Shown here piece by piece: positions 28,273 through 38,384 of a DNA stretch of 64,000 nt. The stretch's first letter is position 1. Every line of letters starts with the position of its first letter. The position numbers were made by a program, and so were the translations under genes. The notes beneath the pieces are model-generated. The model had not been told where the DNA came from. It saw nothing but the letters and a program-made list of their open reading frames with translations, and ran no database searches. Source of the stretch: Lysobacterales bacterium (GTDB taxonomy: Bacteria; Pseudomonadota; Gammaproteobacteria; Xanthomonadales; SZUA-36); contig WVWV01000033.1 of the NCBI GenBank assembly GCA_011773845.1, forward strand, positions 7,113 through 71,112, written 5' to 3'.

Positions 28273-29076
28273 TCACTCCGCCGCCGCTTGCCGGCGGTTG
28301 AGCATGGCGGCCACCAGGACGATTACCGAGACCAGCAGGATGATGACCGTTGCCAATGCGTTGATGTCCGGGGTCACGCCCAGCCTGACCTTGGAGAAGA
28401 TCAGCATCGGCAGGGTCGTAGCCCCCGGCCCGGACACGAAGCTCGCGATCACGACGTCGTCCAGCGACAGGGTGAACGCCAGCAGCCAGCCCGAGACCAT
28501 CGCCGGGGCGATGGCGGGCACGGTGATGTCGAAGAACACCCGCAGCGGCCGCCCGCCCAGGTCCATGGCCGCTTCCTCGAGGGCCTGGTCCATGCCGCTG
28601 AGGCGCGAGCGCACCACGACCGCCACGTAGGCCATGGAAAACGTCACGTGCGCGATGGTGATGGTGGTGGCGCCGCGACTGGCCGGCCAGCCAATCCATT
28701 CGCCCAGCGAGATGAACAGGAACAACAGGGAAATGCCGGTGATGATCTCCGGCATCACCAGCGGCGCGGTGATCATGCCGGTCAGCAGGGTGCGCCCACG
28801 GAAGCGGCCCAGCCGGTTGAGCCCCAGGCCCACCAGCGTGCCCATCACGGTGGCCAGGGTGGCGGCCACGAAGGCGATCTGCAGGCTCAGCCACGCGGAC
28901 GACAGGATCGCCTCGTCCTGCAGCAGCGAACGGTACCAGCGCAGCGAGAAGCCACCCCACAGCGTGACCAGGCGCGAGTCGTTGAACGAATACACCATGA
29001 CCGAAATGATCGGCACGTACAGGAACGCGTAGCCGAAGGCGACGACACTGAGCAGCAGCGTGTGGCGTTGCCTCAT
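28273..29076 (-). CDS. Polyamine-type ABC transporter permease (PotC/PotI-like)
   Basis: 267 aa with six hydrophobic spans and the EAA loop 'LEEAAMDLGGRPLRVFFDITVP'. The start overlaps the upstream permease stop by 4 nt. Confidence 0.9.
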   Translation of the reverse strand: MRQRHTLLLSVVAFGYAFLYVPIISVMVYSFNDSRLVTLWGGFSLRWYRSLLQDEAILSSAWLSLQIAFVAATLATVMGTLVGLGLNRLGRFRGRTLLTGMITAPLVMPEIITGISLLFLFISLGEWIGWPASRGATTITIAHVTFSMAYVAVVVRSRLSGMDQALEEAAMDLGGRPLRVFFDITVPAIAPAMVSGWLLAFTLSLDDVVIASFVSGPGATTLPMLIFSKVRLGVTPDINALATVIILLVSVIVLVAAMLNRRQAAAE

Positions 29077-29990
29077 ACCAGCCTCCGCTCGGCGCGCCCC
29101 GCCTGGGTCTTCTGGAACCACATCATCGGCAACACCAGGATCAGCAACAGCACCACGGACACCGCCGAGGCCACCGGCCAATCCCGGTTGATGAAGAACT
29201 CGTCCCACAGCGCGCGCCCGATCATGAGCGTGTCCGAGCCACCCAGCAGGGCCGGAATGATGAATTCGCCGATGGCCGGGATGAACACCAGCAGGCTGCC
29301 GCCCACGATGCCGGGCACCGACAGCGGCAAGGTGACGTCGCGGAACACCTGCCAGCGGCGGGCACCGAGATCGGCCGCCGCCTCCTCGAGGTCCCGGTCC
29401 ATGCGCTCGAGGATGGCATAAAGCGGCAGGATCATGAACGGCAGGTAGCTGTAGACGATGCCCAGGTAGACCGCGAAATCGTTGTAGATGAGCACCAGCG
29501 GTTGCTCGATCAGCCCCGATTTCAGCAGCAGGTTGTTGATCACGCCCTTGGTGTTGAGCAGGCCGATCCAGGCATACACGCGCAGCAGGAACGAGATCCA
29601 GAACGGCAGGATGACGGCCAGCAACAGCACGTTGCGGCGCCCGGGCGGCTGGCGGGCGATGAAATAGGCCATGGGATAGCCGATCAGCAGGCACAGCACG
29701 GTGCTGATCGCGGCCATCTTGATGGAGTTCAGATAGATGACCCCGTAATAACGGTCCTGGAACAGGAACAGGTAGTTGTCGATGGTCGCGTGGATTCGCT
29801 GCCATCCGCTCGCTGCCCAGTCGAGCAAGGGGGTGAAGGGCGGCAGCGCCACCAGCGGGTCGGCCAGACTGATCTTGAGGATGATGAGGAACGGCGCCAG
29901 GAAGAACACCAACAGCCAGGCGTAGGGCGGCAACAGGGCGCGCCGCAGCCACAGCGTCCGACGGTCGCCGCCCGGCGCCAACCAGCTCAT
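29073..29990 (-). CDS. Polyamine-type ABC transporter permease (PotB/PotH-like)
   Basis: 305 aa with EAA loop 'LEEAAADLGARRWQVFRDVTLP' and a typical PotB/PotH topology. Confidence 0.9.
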   Translation of the reverse strand: MSWLAPGGDRRTLWLRRALLPPYAWLLVFFLAPFLIILKISLADPLVALPPFTPLLDWAASGWQRIHATIDNYLFLFQDRYYGVIYLNSIKMAAISTVLCLLIGYPMAYFIARQPPGRRNVLLLAVILPFWISFLLRVYAWIGLLNTKGVINNLLLKSGLIEQPLVLIYNDFAVYLGIVYSYLPFMILPLYAILERMDRDLEEAAADLGARRWQVFRDVTLPLSVPGIVGGSLLVFIPAIGEFIIPALLGGSDTLMIGRALWDEFFINRDWPVASAVSVVLLLILVLPMMWFQKTQAGRAERRLV

Positions 29991-30011
29991 TGCGTGCGTA
30001 CTCCCCTCACG

Positions 30012-31178
30012 TCATTCATCCAGCAGGATCGCGCTGGGCTCCTGCCAGGACACCCAGACCTCGTCATCCCACTCCACCGTCTTGCGCGCCGTGCGCATGC
30101 GGTTCTGGCCGCTCACCTGCAGAATCTTGCCGCTTTGCAAGCGCACCCGGTACAGCGACAGGTTGCCGTAGTAGCCGAGGTCCTCCACCACCCCGCGCAG
30201 GGCCGCCAGCCCCTCGCCCGCGGGCGCTTCCTTGCTGATGAAGATCTTCTCCGGCCGCACCGCCAACCAGCACGCATGGCCCACCGGCAATGCCGCCGAG
30301 CGCTCGACACGAGCGGCCAGCGTACCCCCGGCCTCCTCGCACTCGACTTCCACGCGCTCGCCGACGACCGCCTTGACGTGGCCGGCCAGCAGGTTGACCT
30401 TGCCAATGAATTCGGCGACGAACCGGTTGCGCGGGTACTCGTAGATTTCCCCCGGGGTGCCGACCTGCTCGAAGCGGCCATCGTTCATGACCACGATGCG
30501 GGTGGACAGCGTCATCGCTTCCTCCTGGTCGTGGGTCACGACGATGAAGGTGATGCCGAGCTCGTCCTGCAGGTTCATCAGCTCGAACTGGGTGTGCTCC
30601 CTGAGCTTCTTGTCGAGCGCCGCCAGCGGCTCATCCAGCAGCAGCAGCTTGGGGCGCTTGACCAACGCCCGGGCCAGCGCCACGCGCTGGCTCTCGCCCC
30701 CGGACAACTGGCGGGGCTTGCGGTTCGCGAGCCTGCCGAGCTTGACCATGTCCAGCATTTCGCCGACCCGCCGCCTGATGTCGGCGGCCGGCACGCCCTC
30801 CTTGCGGAGCCCATAGGCCACGTTCTGCGCCACGCTCATGTGCGGAAACAGCGCGTAGGACTGGAACATCATGTTGACCGGCCGCTCGTAGGGCGGCACG
30901 TCGGTCATGTCCACGCCGTCGATGAGGATGCGCCCGGCGGAGGGCGCCTCGAAACCGGCCAGCATGCGCAGCAGGGTGGTCTTGCCGGATCCCGAACCAC
31001 CCAGGATGCTGAACAACTCACCCGGGTAGATCTCCAGGTCCACGCCGTCCACCGCGGTGACCTCCCCGAACTGCTTGGCCAGGCCGCGTATTTCCACGAT
31101 CGGGCTCAGCGACGGATCCTGCCACGGTGCACCGCCGCTTCCGCCCGGACCGCCAACCGTCTGATTCGAGGCGTTCAT
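30012..31178 (-). CDS. Polyamine-type ABC transporter ATP-binding protein (PotA/PotG-like)
   Basis: Walker A 'GGSGSGKTT', signature 'LSGGESQR' and Walker B 'LLLLDEP', plus a C-terminal regulatory domain. Start at ATG 31178 or GTG 31190. Confidence 0.9.
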   Translation of the reverse strand: MNASNQTVGGPGGSGGAPWQDPSLSPIVEIRGLAKQFGEVTAVDGVDLEIYPGELFSILGGSGSGKTTLLRMLAGFEAPSAGRILIDGVDMTDVPPYERPVNMMFQSYALFPHMSVAQNVAYGLRKEGVPAADIRRRVGEMLDMVKLGRLANRKPRQLSGGESQRVALARALVKRPKLLLLDEPLAALDKKLREHTQFELMNLQDELGITFIVVTHDQEEAMTLSTRIVVMNDGRFEQVGTPGEIYEYPRNRFVAEFIGKVNLLAGHVKAVVGERVEVECEEAGGTLAARVERSAALPVGHACWLAVRPEKIFISKEAPAGEGLAALRGVVEDLGYYGNLSLYRVRLQSGKILQVSGQNRMRTARKTVEWDDEVWVSWQEPSAILLDE

Positions 31179-31199
31179 CGATCTTCCCACTCCCGGCGC

Positions 31200-32288
31200 T
31201 CAGAGCCCCGTCTTGATCCTCGACCACGCGCGGGTGCGCAGGCGCTCATCCTTGGGCCCGAAAATGAAGCCCAGGTCGTATTTCTCCGCATCCTGCTGCC
31301 GAGGATACAACAACGGGTTGGTGGTTATCTCCGGCAGCACGAACGGCCGCGACGCCTGGTTGGCGTTGGCATAGTAGGTGGTGTTGCTGATCGCCGCGAT
31401 GACCTCGGGGCGCAGCAGGTAATTGATGAACCGGTGGGCATTGCCGGGGTGCGGCGCGTCCACCGGTATGAACATGGCATCGAACCACAGCATCGAGCCC
31501 GTGTTCGGCACGGCATAGTCGAGGTTGACCGGCGCCCCGACCTCCTGGGCCCGGTTGGCGGCCGCCAGGTAGTCCCCCGACCAGCTCATGGCGACGCAGA
31601 TTTCACCGTTCGGCAGGTCGTTGATCATCTTGGCCGAGCTGAAATAGCGGATGTACGGCCGCACTGCCTTCAGTTGCCGCTCCGCCGCGGCAATGTGGGC
31701 CGGCTCCAGCGAGTTCGGATCGTGGCCGAGATATTGCAGGACCATCGGGATCACGTCGGTCGGCTCGTCCAGCAACGACACCCCGCAATCGGCCAGCTGC
31801 GCCACCACCTGCGGGTCGAACAGCAGGCGGCCACCGTCGATCGGGGCGTCGGCCAACCGCTGGCGGACCATGTCGACGTTGTAGGCCGCCCCCGTGGTGC
31901 CCCACATGAACGGCACGCCGAAGCGGTTGCCCGGGTCATACTGGGCAACCACGCTCATGACCCACGGGTCGAGATTGGAGCGCAGCGGCAGGCGGTCCAT
32001 TTCCAGCGGCTGGTAGACGTCCACCGCAATCAGCCGCGCCGAATAACGGTAGCCGTGGAACACCACGTCGTAGCCGGTCTTGCCGGCCAGCAGCCGCGCC
32101 TCCACGATCTCGGTCGAATCGTAGGTGTCGTAATTCACCCGGATGCCGAATTCTTCCTCGAAGTCGGCGATGGTGCCCGGCGCGATGTAATCCGCCCAGT
32201 TGTAGATATTGAGCACCGCCTCCTCGGCCACCGCGGCGGCGCTGGCGAGAGCAGCCGCCAGCAGGATGCCATGAGCCCGGCGCAGCAC
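31200..32288 (-). CDS. Periplasmic polyamine-type substrate-binding protein (PotD/PotF family), copy 2
   Basis: Signal peptide 'LLAAALASAAAVA' followed by 'VLNIYNWADYIAP', typical of PotF/PotD proteins. Confidence 0.9.
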   Translation of the reverse strand: MLRRAHGILLAAALASAAAVAEEAVLNIYNWADYIAPGTIADFEEEFGIRVNYDTYDSTEIVEARLLAGKTGYDVVFHGYRYSARLIAVDVYQPLEMDRLPLRSNLDPWVMSVVAQYDPGNRFGVPFMWGTTGAAYNVDMVRQRLADAPIDGGRLLFDPQVVAQLADCGVSLLDEPTDVIPMVLQYLGHDPNSLEPAHIAAAERQLKAVRPYIRYFSSAKMINDLPNGEICVAMSWSGDYLAAANRAQEVGAPVNLDYAVPNTGSMLWFDAMFIPVDAPHPGNAHRFINYLLRPEVIAAISNTTYYANANQASRPFVLPEITTNPLLYPRQQDAEKYDLGFIFGPKDERLRTRAWSRIKTGL

Positions 32289-32290
32289 GT

Positions 32291-33400
32291 CTACAGCCCC
32301 GTCTTGATGCGCGACCAGGCCCGGCTCCGGGTGCGCTCCTGCTTGGGCCCGAAGATGCGGCCCGCCTGCCAGCCGGTGCGTTGGCCCAGCGGTGGATAGG
32401 AGGCGGGGTCGTTGGCGATGCGAGGCTCCAGCCAGGGCAGCGAGGCCCGGTTGGCGTTGGCGTAACCAATCAGGTTGCTGATGTCCGCAATCACCCTGGG
32501 CCGCATCAGGAAATTCAGAAACAGGTGGGCGTTGCCCGGGTGCGGCGCGTCGCTGGGGATCAGCAGGCTGTCAAACCACAGCACGGTGCCCTCCACCGGC
32601 ACCGAGTAGGCGAGCTGGACCCCGGTGCCACCCTGTTGCGCCCGGCCCTGGGCCTGCGCGAAGTCGCCCGACCAGGCCATGGCGATGCAGACCTCGCCGC
32701 TGGGCAGATCATTGAGCAGCTTCGCCGAGCTGAAGTAGCGCACATATGGGCGGACCGACTTGAGCACCGCCTCGGCGGCCGCCAGGTGCTCGCCGTCCAT
32801 GCTGTTCGGATCGTGCCCCAGGTAGACCATCACCATCGGGATCACCGTGGTGGGCTCGTCCAGCAGCGTGATGCCGCAGTCCGCAAAGCGGGCGGCCACC
32901 TCCGGATCGAACAGCATCCGCGCGCTGTCCACCGGCGCCTCCGGCCAGCGGCTGCGGACCAGGTCGACGTTGTAGACGAATCCGGTCGTGCCCCACATGT
33001 AGGGGGCGCCGTAAGTGTTGCCGGGGTCGAATTCGGCCATGAAACCCAGCACCCACGGATCGAGGTTGTCCCACAAGCTCAGCCGGTCGCGGTCCAGTGG
33101 CTGGAACGCGCCCACCGCGATCAGCCGGGCCGAGTAGCGTATCGCCTGCAGCACGACGTCGTAGCCGGTGCGCCCCGTCACCAGCTTGGCCTCCGCCATA
33201 GCGGTCGAGTCGTAGGTGTCGTAATTGACGCGGATGCCGTATTCGGCCTCGAATTCGGCCAGCGTGGAGGCGCCGATGTAATCCGCCCAGTTGTAGAAGT
33301 TCAGCACCGGCTCTTCGGCATCCGGCGCCGCGAGCATCGGCAACGGCCACGCGAGCAGTGCGCCGAGCGCAGCGGTCCGCAGCCACCGCGCGGCCGGCAC
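32291..33400 (-). CDS. Periplasmic polyamine-type substrate-binding protein (PotD/PotF family), copy 1
   Basis: Signal peptide 'ALGALLAWPLPMLAA' followed by 'VLNFYNWADYIG'. Collinear with copy 2 but clearly diverged. Confidence 0.9.
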   Translation of the reverse strand: MPAARWLRTAALGALLAWPLPMLAAPDAEEPVLNFYNWADYIGASTLAEFEAEYGIRVNYDTYDSTAMAEAKLVTGRTGYDVVLQAIRYSARLIAVGAFQPLDRDRLSLWDNLDPWVLGFMAEFDPGNTYGAPYMWGTTGFVYNVDLVRSRWPEAPVDSARMLFDPEVAARFADCGITLLDEPTTVIPMVMVYLGHDPNSMDGEHLAAAEAVLKSVRPYVRYFSSAKLLNDLPSGEVCIAMAWSGDFAQAQGRAQQGGTGVQLAYSVPVEGTVLWFDSLLIPSDAPHPGNAHLFLNFLMRPRVIADISNLIGYANANRASLPWLEPRIANDPASYPPLGQRTGWQAGRIFGPKQERTRSRAWSRIKTGL

Positions 33401-33402
33401 CG

Positions 33403-34569
33403 TTACAGTTCCTCCAGCCCGCGCTTGTCCAGCGCGCGGGCGATGACCAGACGCTGCAGCTCGCTGGCGCCCTCCCAGATGCGGTCGACGCGGATTTCCC
33501 GCGTGAACCGCTCGGCGCAGTTCTCGCGCATGTAACCGCGGCCGCCGAAAATCTGTACCGCCCGGTCGGCGATCCGGCTAGCGGCCTCGGAGGCATACAG
33601 CTTGGCGATCGAGCAGCGGGCATGCAGCGACTTGACGTTCTCACCCCGGTCATGGGCATGCGCCGCCTCGAAGGTGATCAGGCGCGCCGCCCACAACTCC
33701 GTGACGCTGTCCGCCAGCATCGCCTGCACCAGTTGCTTGTCGATCAGCCGCTCGCCGCTGACCCGGCGCTGCTGCGCGAATTCGGTGGCTTCCTCGATCA
33801 GGCGCGTCGCCGCGCCGCAATCCCGCGCCGCGATCATCAGCCGCTCGCGACGAAACCAGCTGTGGGTGTATGCCATGCCCTCGCCCTCGGCGCCGATGCG
33901 GTTTTCCGCCGGCACCTCCACGTCCGTGAATTGCAGCTGTGGGTGGTGGTGATCGAAGGTGTGGCTGAACAGCGGGGTGCGCAGCACCTCGATGCCGGGG
34001 GATGCCCGGTCCACCAGGAACAGTGCCTCGCTGCCGGCATGCGGTCCGGAGGCGAGGCGCGCCTGCACGAACATGAAATCGGCCAGGTTGGCGCTGGTGA
34101 CATACCATTTCTCGCCGTTGATCCGGTAGCGGTCCCCGGCCACCTCGGCGGTCGTCTCGATCACCACGTCGGAGCCGGACTCCCGCTCGGTGATCGCGTA
34201 GCACTCCTTGCGGGTGCCCTGCATCAGGGGCAGGACATAGGCCTCGAGCTGCGCCTCGCGGCAGGCCTCGAACATCCATCGCTGCGGCTCGGAAAAACAC
34301 CAGCACAGGGCGTTGGTAACCCGGCCGAGCTGCTCCCACACCGCCACCTGGTCGACCGTGCGCAACTCCAGGCCGCCGTATTGGCGGGGCACGTCCATGG
34401 CGCTGAAACCCAGCTCCACGGCCATCTCTCGATGCCGCTTGCCCACCTCCGCCGGCAGCCGGCCGCCGTTCATCTCCGCCTCCACCTCGTGCGGTATGAG
34501 TTCCCGTTCCGCGAATTGCCGGGCCTTCGCCTGCCACTCGGTGGCCGTCGCGTCGAGTTGGATCTTCAT
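33403..34569 (-). CDS. Acyl-CoA dehydrogenase family protein
   Basis: 388 aa with 'CYAITERESGSD', 'NGEKWYVT' and 'IFGGRGYMRE...RIWEGASE'. The ATG at 34569 overlaps the TetR stop as ATGA. Confidence 0.9.
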   Translation of the reverse strand: MKIQLDATATEWQAKARQFAERELIPHEVEAEMNGGRLPAEVGKRHREMAVELGFSAMDVPRQYGGLELRTVDQVAVWEQLGRVTNALCWCFSEPQRWMFEACREAQLEAYVLPLMQGTRKECYAITERESGSDVVIETTAEVAGDRYRINGEKWYVTSANLADFMFVQARLASGPHAGSEALFLVDRASPGIEVLRTPLFSHTFDHHHPQLQFTDVEVPAENRIGAEGEGMAYTHSWFRRERLMIAARDCGAATRLIEEATEFAQQRRVSGERLIDKQLVQAMLADSVTELWAARLITFEAAHAHDRGENVKSLHARCSIAKLYASEAASRIADRAVQIFGGRGYMRENCAERFTREIRVDRIWEGASELQRLVIARALDKRGLEEL

Positions 34570-35225
34570 GTCCGTGCGCGCTCCTGTGCGGGGTCGCCAA
34601 AATGGTCCGGGAAGGTATGCGCCAGGTGGTCCATGGCGATGCCCAGGGCCTGCCGGCGCGTCATGTGGCGGGGCGAGACCAGCATGTCCAGCCACAGCCC
34701 CTCGGACATGGCGGCCATGCCGCGGGCCACGGACTCGGGTTTGATCCCGGGATAATCGCCCTCGGCAATGAGGTCGCCGCACAACTGGCGCAGTTGCCGG
34801 TCGTAGCCGCGATCGCGGTCCGCACAGAGTCTGCGATAGGTGGGGCGGGACTTGGACTCGCCCCAGAATGCAAACCACACCGCCAGCTTGTTGCGATCAC
34901 ACACGGAAGGGTGGAAATCCACTTCCACCAGCGCCGCCAGGCGCTCGGCGCTGCTCGGGCCGGCGCGGTCGAGCGCCCTCTCCCAGCGGGACTTGTACTC
35001 GTCCACCACGTAAGCCAGCGTTTCCAGCAACAGGCGCTCCTTGCTGTTGAAGTGGAGGTTGATGATGCCCTGGCTGAGCCCGGCCTCCGCGGCGACGGTA
35101 GCGATGGTGGTATCGGAAAGGCCCTGGCCTGCGATCGAGCGGATGGTCGCCTGGATCAGTTGCGCGCGCCGCTTCTCCCGGGGCTCGGTGCGCCGGGGCC
35201 GGGCCTTGGCAACCGCGCCACTCAT
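34566..35225 (-). CDS. TetR/AcrR-family transcriptional regulator
   Basis: HTH region 'RRAQLIQATIRSIAGQGLSDTTIATVAAEAGLSQGIINLHFNSKE'. Start set at ATG 35225 (GGAAG upstream). The longest ORF begins at TTG 35291. Confidence 0.8.
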   Translation of the reverse strand: MSGAVAKARPRRTEPREKRRAQLIQATIRSIAGQGLSDTTIATVAAEAGLSQGIINLHFNSKERLLLETLAYVVDEYKSRWERALDRAGPSSAERLAALVEVDFHPSVCDRNKLAVWFAFWGESKSRPTYRRLCADRDRGYDRQLRQLCGDLIAEGDYPGIKPESVARGMAAMSEGLWLDMLVSPRHMTRRQALGIAMDHLAHTFPDHFGDPAQERART

Positions 35226-35320
35226 GTGCTTCCGGATCCTGTCATGGTCCTCATCCGCTCTGCGGTCCCGGGGCTTCACCGGCCGGGTCAAATATTAAGC
35301 ACATCCCCCCGATTATGCAA

Positions 35321-35342
35321 TGAATGAATGATTATTCATTCA
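35321..35342. promoter_or_regulatory. Candidate TetR operator: perfect 9-bp inverted repeat TGAATGAAT-GATT-ATTCATTCA
   Basis: Read directly from the sequence. It lies in the AT-rich divergent control region between the TetR-led minus-strand array and the plus-strand operon beginning at 35416. Confidence 0.45.
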
Positions 35343-35415
35343 CTATGGACAGGCGAGCGGGGTTTGTGCCAATCTATGCTGACAAGCAAGAACCGGTTGG
35401 CCCGGGGTAATCGAC

Positions 35416-36747
35416 ATGCGACGTTCATTGGAGCGATCGAACCGGCACTTCAGAAAAGCAGTGCAGAAACTCCCGCTGGGGGTCGCCTCTAATTTCCGCT
35501 ATTGGGGAGACGACCGCACCATCTACATCGACAGCGGCCGTGGTGCCCGACTACGAGACCTGGACGGCAACGAATACATCGACTACCGGCTTGGTTTCGG
35601 GCCCTGCATCCTGGGTTACGCAGACCCACGCGTGGATGCCGCGGCGCGCGACGGCATCGAGGTCGGCGGCGTGTTCGCGCTGTCTACCGAGCGCGAGTAC
35701 GAGGTGGCCCGGCGCATCTCGAGCATGGTGCCGGCGGCGGAGCTGGTGCGCTTCTCCAACTCCGGCACCGAGGCGGTGATGGCCGCGCTGCGCCTCGCCC
35801 GGTCCCATACCGGCAAGGATGCCCACATCGTCGTCGAGGGCGGCTACCACGGCGTGTTCGATGCGGTATTGTGGTATGCGGAAATCGAGGACTGGGAACC
35901 GTCCCAGGGCAAACCGCCGATCGAGGCCTACTGCGAGGGCGTCCCGCGCCTGCTCAGGCGCCTGTCCCATTTTACGCCACTCAACGACGCCGACTACCTC
36001 GAAGATCTGCTCAAGAAACACCACCAGGACATCGGCGCGTTCCTGATCGAGCCCATGATGGGCAACTGCTGTTCCATCACCGCGACGCGCGAGTACGTGC
36101 TGGCGGCCCGGGAGCTGTGCCGCAAGTACGACGTCGTGATGATCGTCGACGAGGTCAAGACCGGCTTCCGGGTGGCGCGGGGCGGCGTGCAGGAGCTGAT
36201 GGGCGTCCGCGCCGACCTGTGCACCTTCGCCAAGGCCATGGGCAACGGCTACCCGATATCGGCCGTGGCCGGGCGCGAAGACATCATGCGCCAGTTCGGC
36301 GACGGCGTGGTGCACGGCGGCACCTATACCTGCCACTCGGTGGCGCTGGCGGCGGCCGAGAAGACGCTGGAGATCCTCGACGAGACGCCGGCGCTCGAGA
36401 CCATCGCCGATTACGGCCTGCGCCTGCAGGCGGGCATGAGCGAGATTCTCAACGCGCGCGGCATCCCCCATTCTTTCACCGGCCACCCCTCGATGTTCGG
36501 CCTGTTCTTCAGCGCCGCGGCACCGGACAATTACCGGGACTGGCTGGAGTCCGACTACGCGTTCTATGATGCGCTGGCCCCCGTGCTCCACGACCACGGC
36601 GTGCTGTGCGAGCCCGATTCCCGCGAGCCGTGGTTCCTGTGCGAGGCGCATGCGAGCGGTGACAATCTGCAGCGCACCCTCGGCGCGTTCGAGCGCGCCG
36701 TGGACTGCACCCGTGACCAACTCAACCTGAAGGCAGTCAATGCCTGA
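35416..36747 (+). CDS. Class-III PLP aminotransferase (glutamate-1-semialdehyde aminomutase-like subgroup)
   Basis: 443 aa with 'RFSNSGTEAVMAALRLAR', 'DEVKTGFR' and the Schiff-base lysine context 'TFAKAMGNGYP'. Confidence 0.9.
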   Translation: MRRSLERSNRHFRKAVQKLPLGVASNFRYWGDDRTIYIDSGRGARLRDLDGNEYIDYRLGFGPCILGYADPRVDAAARDGIEVGGVFALSTEREYEVARRISSMVPAAELVRFSNSGTEAVMAALRLARSHTGKDAHIVVEGGYHGVFDAVLWYAEIEDWEPSQGKPPIEAYCEGVPRLLRRLSHFTPLNDADYLEDLLKKHHQDIGAFLIEPMMGNCCSITATREYVLAARELCRKYDVVMIVDEVKTGFRVARGGVQELMGVRADLCTFAKAMGNGYPISAVAGREDIMRQFGDGVVHGGTYTCHSVALAAAEKTLEILDETPALETIADYGLRLQAGMSEILNARGIPHSFTGHPSMFGLFFSAAAPDNYRDWLESDYAFYDALAPVLHDHGVLCEPDSREPWFLCEAHASGDNLQRTLGAFERAVDCTRDQLNLKAVNA

Positions 36748-36764
36748 GCGAACAAGGATCGAGC

Positions 36765-38384
36765 GTGGCTAAGCAATACGATGCAATCGTGATCGGCGCC
36801 GGGCACAACGGCCTCGCCAACGCGGCCTTCCTGGCCAAGGCCGGGCTGAGCGTGCTGATGGTGGAAAAGAACCCGTATATCGGCGGCGCCTCGGTCAGTC
36901 GTAACCTCTACAAGGACTGGATCTATTCCAACTGCTCGTATGTGTGCAGCCTGCTGCGCCCGGAAGTGTACCGGGCGCTGGATCTGGCCCGCTACGGCCT
37001 GCAGGTGGTCCCCTACGGCGGCAGCGTCACCCTCACCCAGGACGGGGATTATCTCGGCAGCTATATCGACCCCGACGCCTCGCGCCGCGAAATGGCTCGG
37101 CACAGCCCCCGCGACGCGGACGCAGAAGTGCGCTACTGGCGCGACATCATGCGGCAGTGCCGCTTCATCCGCCAGTTCCTGCTGCGCACCGCACCGGACC
37201 CGACCTCGTTCAAGCCGCGTGACCTGCTGGAACTGCTGCACCTCGGCCGGGAGTTCTGGAAGCTCGGCGAGAGCGTCATGTACGACACCATGCGCTTCTA
37301 CACCATGAGCATCGTCGAATTCCTCGACGAGTATTTCGAACACCCGCTGATCAAGGCCGCGCATGCCGGCAGCGGCATCATCGGCTCGGCGCTGGGGGTG
37401 ATGTCGCCCGGCACGGCCTACGTGCTGTTGCACCACGCGATGGGCGAGGTGGACGGCACAGCCGGCGCCTGGGGCTTCGCGCGGGGCGGCATGGGCGCCA
37501 TCGCCGAGGCGATGGGCGCCTGCCTGCGGGACCACGGCGGCGAGATCGTCACCGGCTCCGGCGTCGAGCGCATCCAGGTGCGCAATGGCCGCGCCACCGG
37601 CGTGGCGCTCGAAAACGGCGATGAATACACCGCCGACGTCGTGGTCTCCAACATGACCCTGCCCCGCACCTTCCTGGAATGCATGGACCCCGCCGACCTG
37701 CGGCCCGATTTCCTCACCAAAGTCCGGAATTTCAAGATTCGCGGCTCGTCGGGCAAGGTCAACATCGCCCTCGACGGACTGCCCCAGTTCACCGCCCTGC
37801 GGGAGAACCGCGAACTCATGCACACCGACATGCACCTGATCGACTCGGTGGAGCGCCTGGAGCGGGCCTATGACGACTGGAAGAACGGCATCTGGTCGCA
37901 GGACCCGTACATCGACATGCTGATCCCGACCCTGACCGATCCCACCATGGCACCGCCCGGCAAGCACTTCATGTCGGTCTTCGTCCAGTACGTTCCGCCC
38001 AAGGTCCACGGCCGTGACTGGACCGACGCGGACCGCGACGCCTTCGGCCAGACCGTGCTGAACCAGATCGAGCGCTACGCGCCGGGATTCAAGAACCTGG
38101 TGCTGCACGCCGAGGTGCGCACGCCACGCGAACTGGAGGCGGAAGTGGGCCTCACCGAGGGCAACATCTTCCAGGGCGAGCTGACCATGGACCAGTTGCT
38201 GTTCAACCGCCCCATCCCGGGCTACGCCCAATACCGTGGCCCGGTCAAGGGCCTGTACCTGTGCGGGTCGTCCAACCACCCGGGCGGCGGGGTCATGGCT
38301 GCCCCGGGCGCGAACGCGGCGCGCGAAATTCTGCGGGACCTGCGCAAGCCCAACACCGTGCCGGAGGGCTGGCTCGATGACTGA
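36765..38384 (+). CDS. CrtI/phytoene-desaturase-family NAD(P)/FAD-dependent oxidoreductase, copy 1
   Basis: GTG start with dinucleotide-binding motif 'YDAIVIGAGHNGLANAAFLAKAGLSVLMVEKNPYIGGA' and C-terminal 'GLYLCGSSNHPGGGV'. Confidence 0.85.
   Translation: MAKQYDAIVIGAGHNGLANAAFLAKAGLSVLMVEKNPYIGGASVSRNLYKDWIYSNCSYVCSLLRPEVYRALDLARYGLQVVPYGGSVTLTQDGDYLGSYIDPDASRREMARHSPRDADAEVRYWRDIMRQCRFIRQFLLRTAPDPTSFKPRDLLELLHLGREFWKLGESVMYDTMRFYTMSIVEFLDEYFEHPLIKAAHAGSGIIGSALGVMSPGTAYVLLHHAMGEVDGTAGAWGFARGGMGAIAEAMGACLRDHGGEIVTGSGVERIQVRNGRATGVALENGDEYTADVVVSNMTLPRTFLECMDPADLRPDFLTKVRNFKIRGSSGKVNIALDGLPQFTALRENRELMHTDMHLIDSVERLERAYDDWKNGIWSQDPYIDMLIPTLTDPTMAPPGKHFMSVFVQYVPPKVHGRDWTDADRDAFGQTVLNQIERYAPGFKNLVLHAEVRTPRELEAEVGLTEGNIFQGELTMDQLLFNRPIPGYAQYRGPVKGLYLCGSSNHPGGGVMAAPGANAAREILRDLRKPNTVPEGWLDD

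Noticed and set aside
29502-32399. 965-aa plus-strand ORF across the ABC-transporter genes. Similar long antisense ORFs occur at 10196-12274, 27005-28630, 36564-38423, 38293-39936, 42828-45665, 44843-46975, 50832-52685, 55724-57250 and 59091-61226.
   Set aside because: Each lies opposite a gene with strong family signatures and has biased R/G/A/P/H/Q composition without motifs. I treated all of them as non-coding.
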